Positions 62,115-64,000 of a DNA stretch of 64,000 nucleotides are shown piece after piece. The stretch is from Bdellovibrionota bacterium (GTDB lineage Bacteria > Bdellovibrionota_C > UBA2361 > JBIKUX01), in assembly GCA_044347345.1 (NCBI GenBank), contig JBIKUX010000003.1, forward strand, positions 32,001 through 96,000. Direction: 5' to 3'. The number at the start of each line of letters is the position of its first letter. Position 1 is the stretch's first letter. The notes under the pieces are model-generated. The model saw only the letters and a list, made by a program, of their open reading frames with translations. It was not told the DNA's origin and searched no databases. A program made the position numbers and the translations under genes.

Positions 62115-62579
62115 TTACGGACGCGCAATAAGAGCTGCTCCGCATACCATCAGCGCAGATCCAATAATAAACTTAGAAGTTATAATTCCGTTATTTTCTC
62201 TAAAAAAAAGGATTCCCAAAATTATTGATACGAGCAGATTTAAATTTGTAATGGGCGCTAAAATTGAGATAGGAATGCTTAACTTACTCATACCATAGGA
62301 GAAGCACAGCATCGATAAAGACCACACTGAGCCTGCGATTACCGCAAGTATTACACTATGAGACGATATTGATATTGGCATTAGATCAGAAAAAGAGAAA
62401 CCAAATAAGGTAATACTGGCAAAAATAGTAGTTATAAATGCGCTAATCGATAGGATGATAAGAAATAGGGGAACTGCTAATCCGTAGCTAGTGCTAAGTT
62501 TTGTAAAAATACCGACCAGTCCAAAGCCAATTGCTGGAATAATCCCACCTAATATTATGCCAAAGATGTATGGGCTCAT
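62115..62579 (-). CDS. Small EamA/DMT-like membrane protein
   Basis: Five hydrophobic helices, LAPITNLNLLVSIILGILFFRE. Confidence 0.7.
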   Translation of the reverse strand: MSPYIFGIILGGIIPAIGFGLVGIFTKLSTSYGLAVPLFLIILSISAFITTIFASITLFGFSFSDLMPISISSHSVILAVIAGSVWSLSMLCFSYGMSKLSIPISILAPITNLNLLVSIILGILFFRENNGIITSKFIIGSALMVCGAALIARP

Positions 62580-62702
62580 AAATAGTTACTTAAAGTTTGT
62601 TAATTTTAAGATGAGTGTTTTATTCAGCTTATTACCGACTCTACAGTATCAAAAATTCAATCGTATAGGGAATAAATTATAATTTTAGACTAGATAATAT
62701 TC

Positions 62703-64000
62703 TCACTTATTTGGCAAATAGGTCTGATACCAAGCCTGGTAGTCGTTAACCATTATATCTAAAGAATGAGTATCACGGAGTTTTTGGGTATTCTCCCAAT
62801 AACTACTCCTAAATCCACAAAAATCGGATTGTGAAGCCTTAATAATTTCAGTTACGGCACTGCTTGCGTGAGTTTTTGCGTTTATCGAAACTACCGATGA
62901 GTAATTTCTAAATGGCTCGTGTCCTGGTATATCTGATAAAACTGAAGGAACGCCGGTAACTAGGGCTTCGAGAGGTGCAAGTGGATAACCCTCGTATTCG
63001 GACAGCGATAAAAAAACAGAACCAGACTTAAGCCAATCTTGCGGATTGTCTGTCCCTCCGGCCCAGGCAATGTGACTACTAAGAGGCGATGAGTCACTAA
63101 TTCTCATTAAATTCTCAGTCCACTCTTTATCGGTAGGCGGACCGACAAAAATTAAAAAACATTGCTCTCTAATTTCATGCTGGAGATTCTCCCAAAGAGC
63201 TAGCGCATGGTCTTGTCCTTTACCTGGATAGCATCGCGCAAGATAAATGATCCAGTGCAAATTAAGGACTTCTCTTGTTAATTTGGGTAATTTTGAAAGT
63301 ATTGGTATTAAATTGCTTTTATGGCTGAGCAGCGCCTCTTCAGATCTTACTGGAAGTGATGAGGGAACTACTACTCCAGTGGGAATTATCTTTACTAACC
63401 TAGGGTTAATACCCACTTGCTTATATTCGCTCTGCACAACTTCACTAACTGCACTTACTCCATCAGCACATTTAGTAAAAATTTTTTCATAAGTTTTATA
63501 TCGTTTATGTTTTGCTAGGTGAATAAAACTATGTTGGGTATGCAGAACTCTTGGGTTACGACCTGACCAGAAACTACCTAAAATCCCGTAAATCAATCCT
63601 CCAAGATCATGAGTGTGAATGGCTGATATTTTATTTGATCTTATAATAGAGGAAATTTTGCGAATAACAGTGAATGAAAATCCTTTGCTTTTATTTAGAA
63701 TCTCGACAGAAATACCTTTTTTTTCGAGGACTTCACGGAAGTTACTGTCAGCTTGTGAGAGGCAATGCTGATAAGCAAAAATAATTGGTCGTACCATTCC
63801 TTTATCTTGTAAACCTGATGCAAGTGCAACTAAAAGCTTTTCAAGCCCTCCCGTGTATAAAGTTTGGGTAATCAATAAAACTTTTGGAGCTTTGTTTCCT
63901 GAGTGGATTAAAGGGCGCATGGAATCCCACCAAATAAAAAGTGAGATAAGGCCAAAAATTCCGCCAGAGACAGCAAACCATATTTTATCATTAACGAAAA
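62703..64000 (-). CDS. Glycosyltransferase family 4; frame open to the window edge with an upstream TM segment
   Basis: GGLEK, IHTHD, HTQHS, KGQD, SEYEGYPLAPLEAL; upstream in-frame FVNDKIWFAVSGGIFGLISLFIWWDS. Confidence 0.88.
   Translation of the reverse strand, partial: FVNDKIWFAVSGGIFGLISLFIWWDSMRPLIHSGNKAPKVLLITQTLYTGGLEKLLVALASGLQDKGMVRPIIFAYQHCLSQADSNFREVLEKKGISVEILNKSKGFSFTVIRKISSIIRSNKISAIHTHDLGGLIYGILGSFWSGRNPRVLHTQHSFIHLAKHKRYKTYEKIFTKCADGVSAVSEVVQSEYKQVGINPRLVKIIPTGVVVPSSLPVRSEEALLSHKSNLIPILSKLPKLTREVLNLHWIIYLARCYPGKGQDHALALWENLQHEIREQCFLIFVGPPTDKEWTENLMRISDSSPLSSHIAWAGGTDNPQDWLKSGSVFLSLSEYEGYPLAPLEALVTGVPSVLSDIPGHEPFRNYSSVVSINAKTHASSAVTEIIKASQSDFCGFRSSYWENTQKLRDTHSLDIMVNDYQAWYQTYLPNK

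Overview
Bacterial chromosomal window, mostly AT-rich, with more GC-rich accessory or decayed patches at about 1-7,700 and 56,300-59,500. Gene content (csrA-fliW, a fliL-to-fliA cluster with sigma54-type promoters) suggests a deltaproteobacteria- or Bdellovibrionota-like lineage; this is inference only. Core blocks: a Wzy-type exopolysaccharide operon (10.3-19.2 kb, minus strand); csrA-fliW, a GLYK-type glycerate kinase and ispG; a flagellar cluster motA-(two atypical motB-like genes)-fliLMNPQR-flhBAFG-fliA followed by a CheY-like gene; crtI; nfo; thrABC; argS. Most notable: (i) a RAYT-type HUH/Y1 transposase and a response regulator bracketed by inverted GACA(C/T)CCA motifs, with a second, nearly empty array of the same motif 2.7 kb away; (ii) a flagellin whose variable region is made of FG-GAP/VCBS repeats and which is broken by two stops; (iii) two short, divergent MotB-like genes; (iv) an orphan gene put out of frame by a (CT)18 tract; (v) a 2-kb mosaic of unrelated gene fragments; (vi) several genes with in-frame nonsense codons, and a ThrA with degenerate aspartokinase motifs. 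No rRNA, intact tRNA or CRISPR array was recognised. All family calls come from reading motifs by eye, not from database searches.
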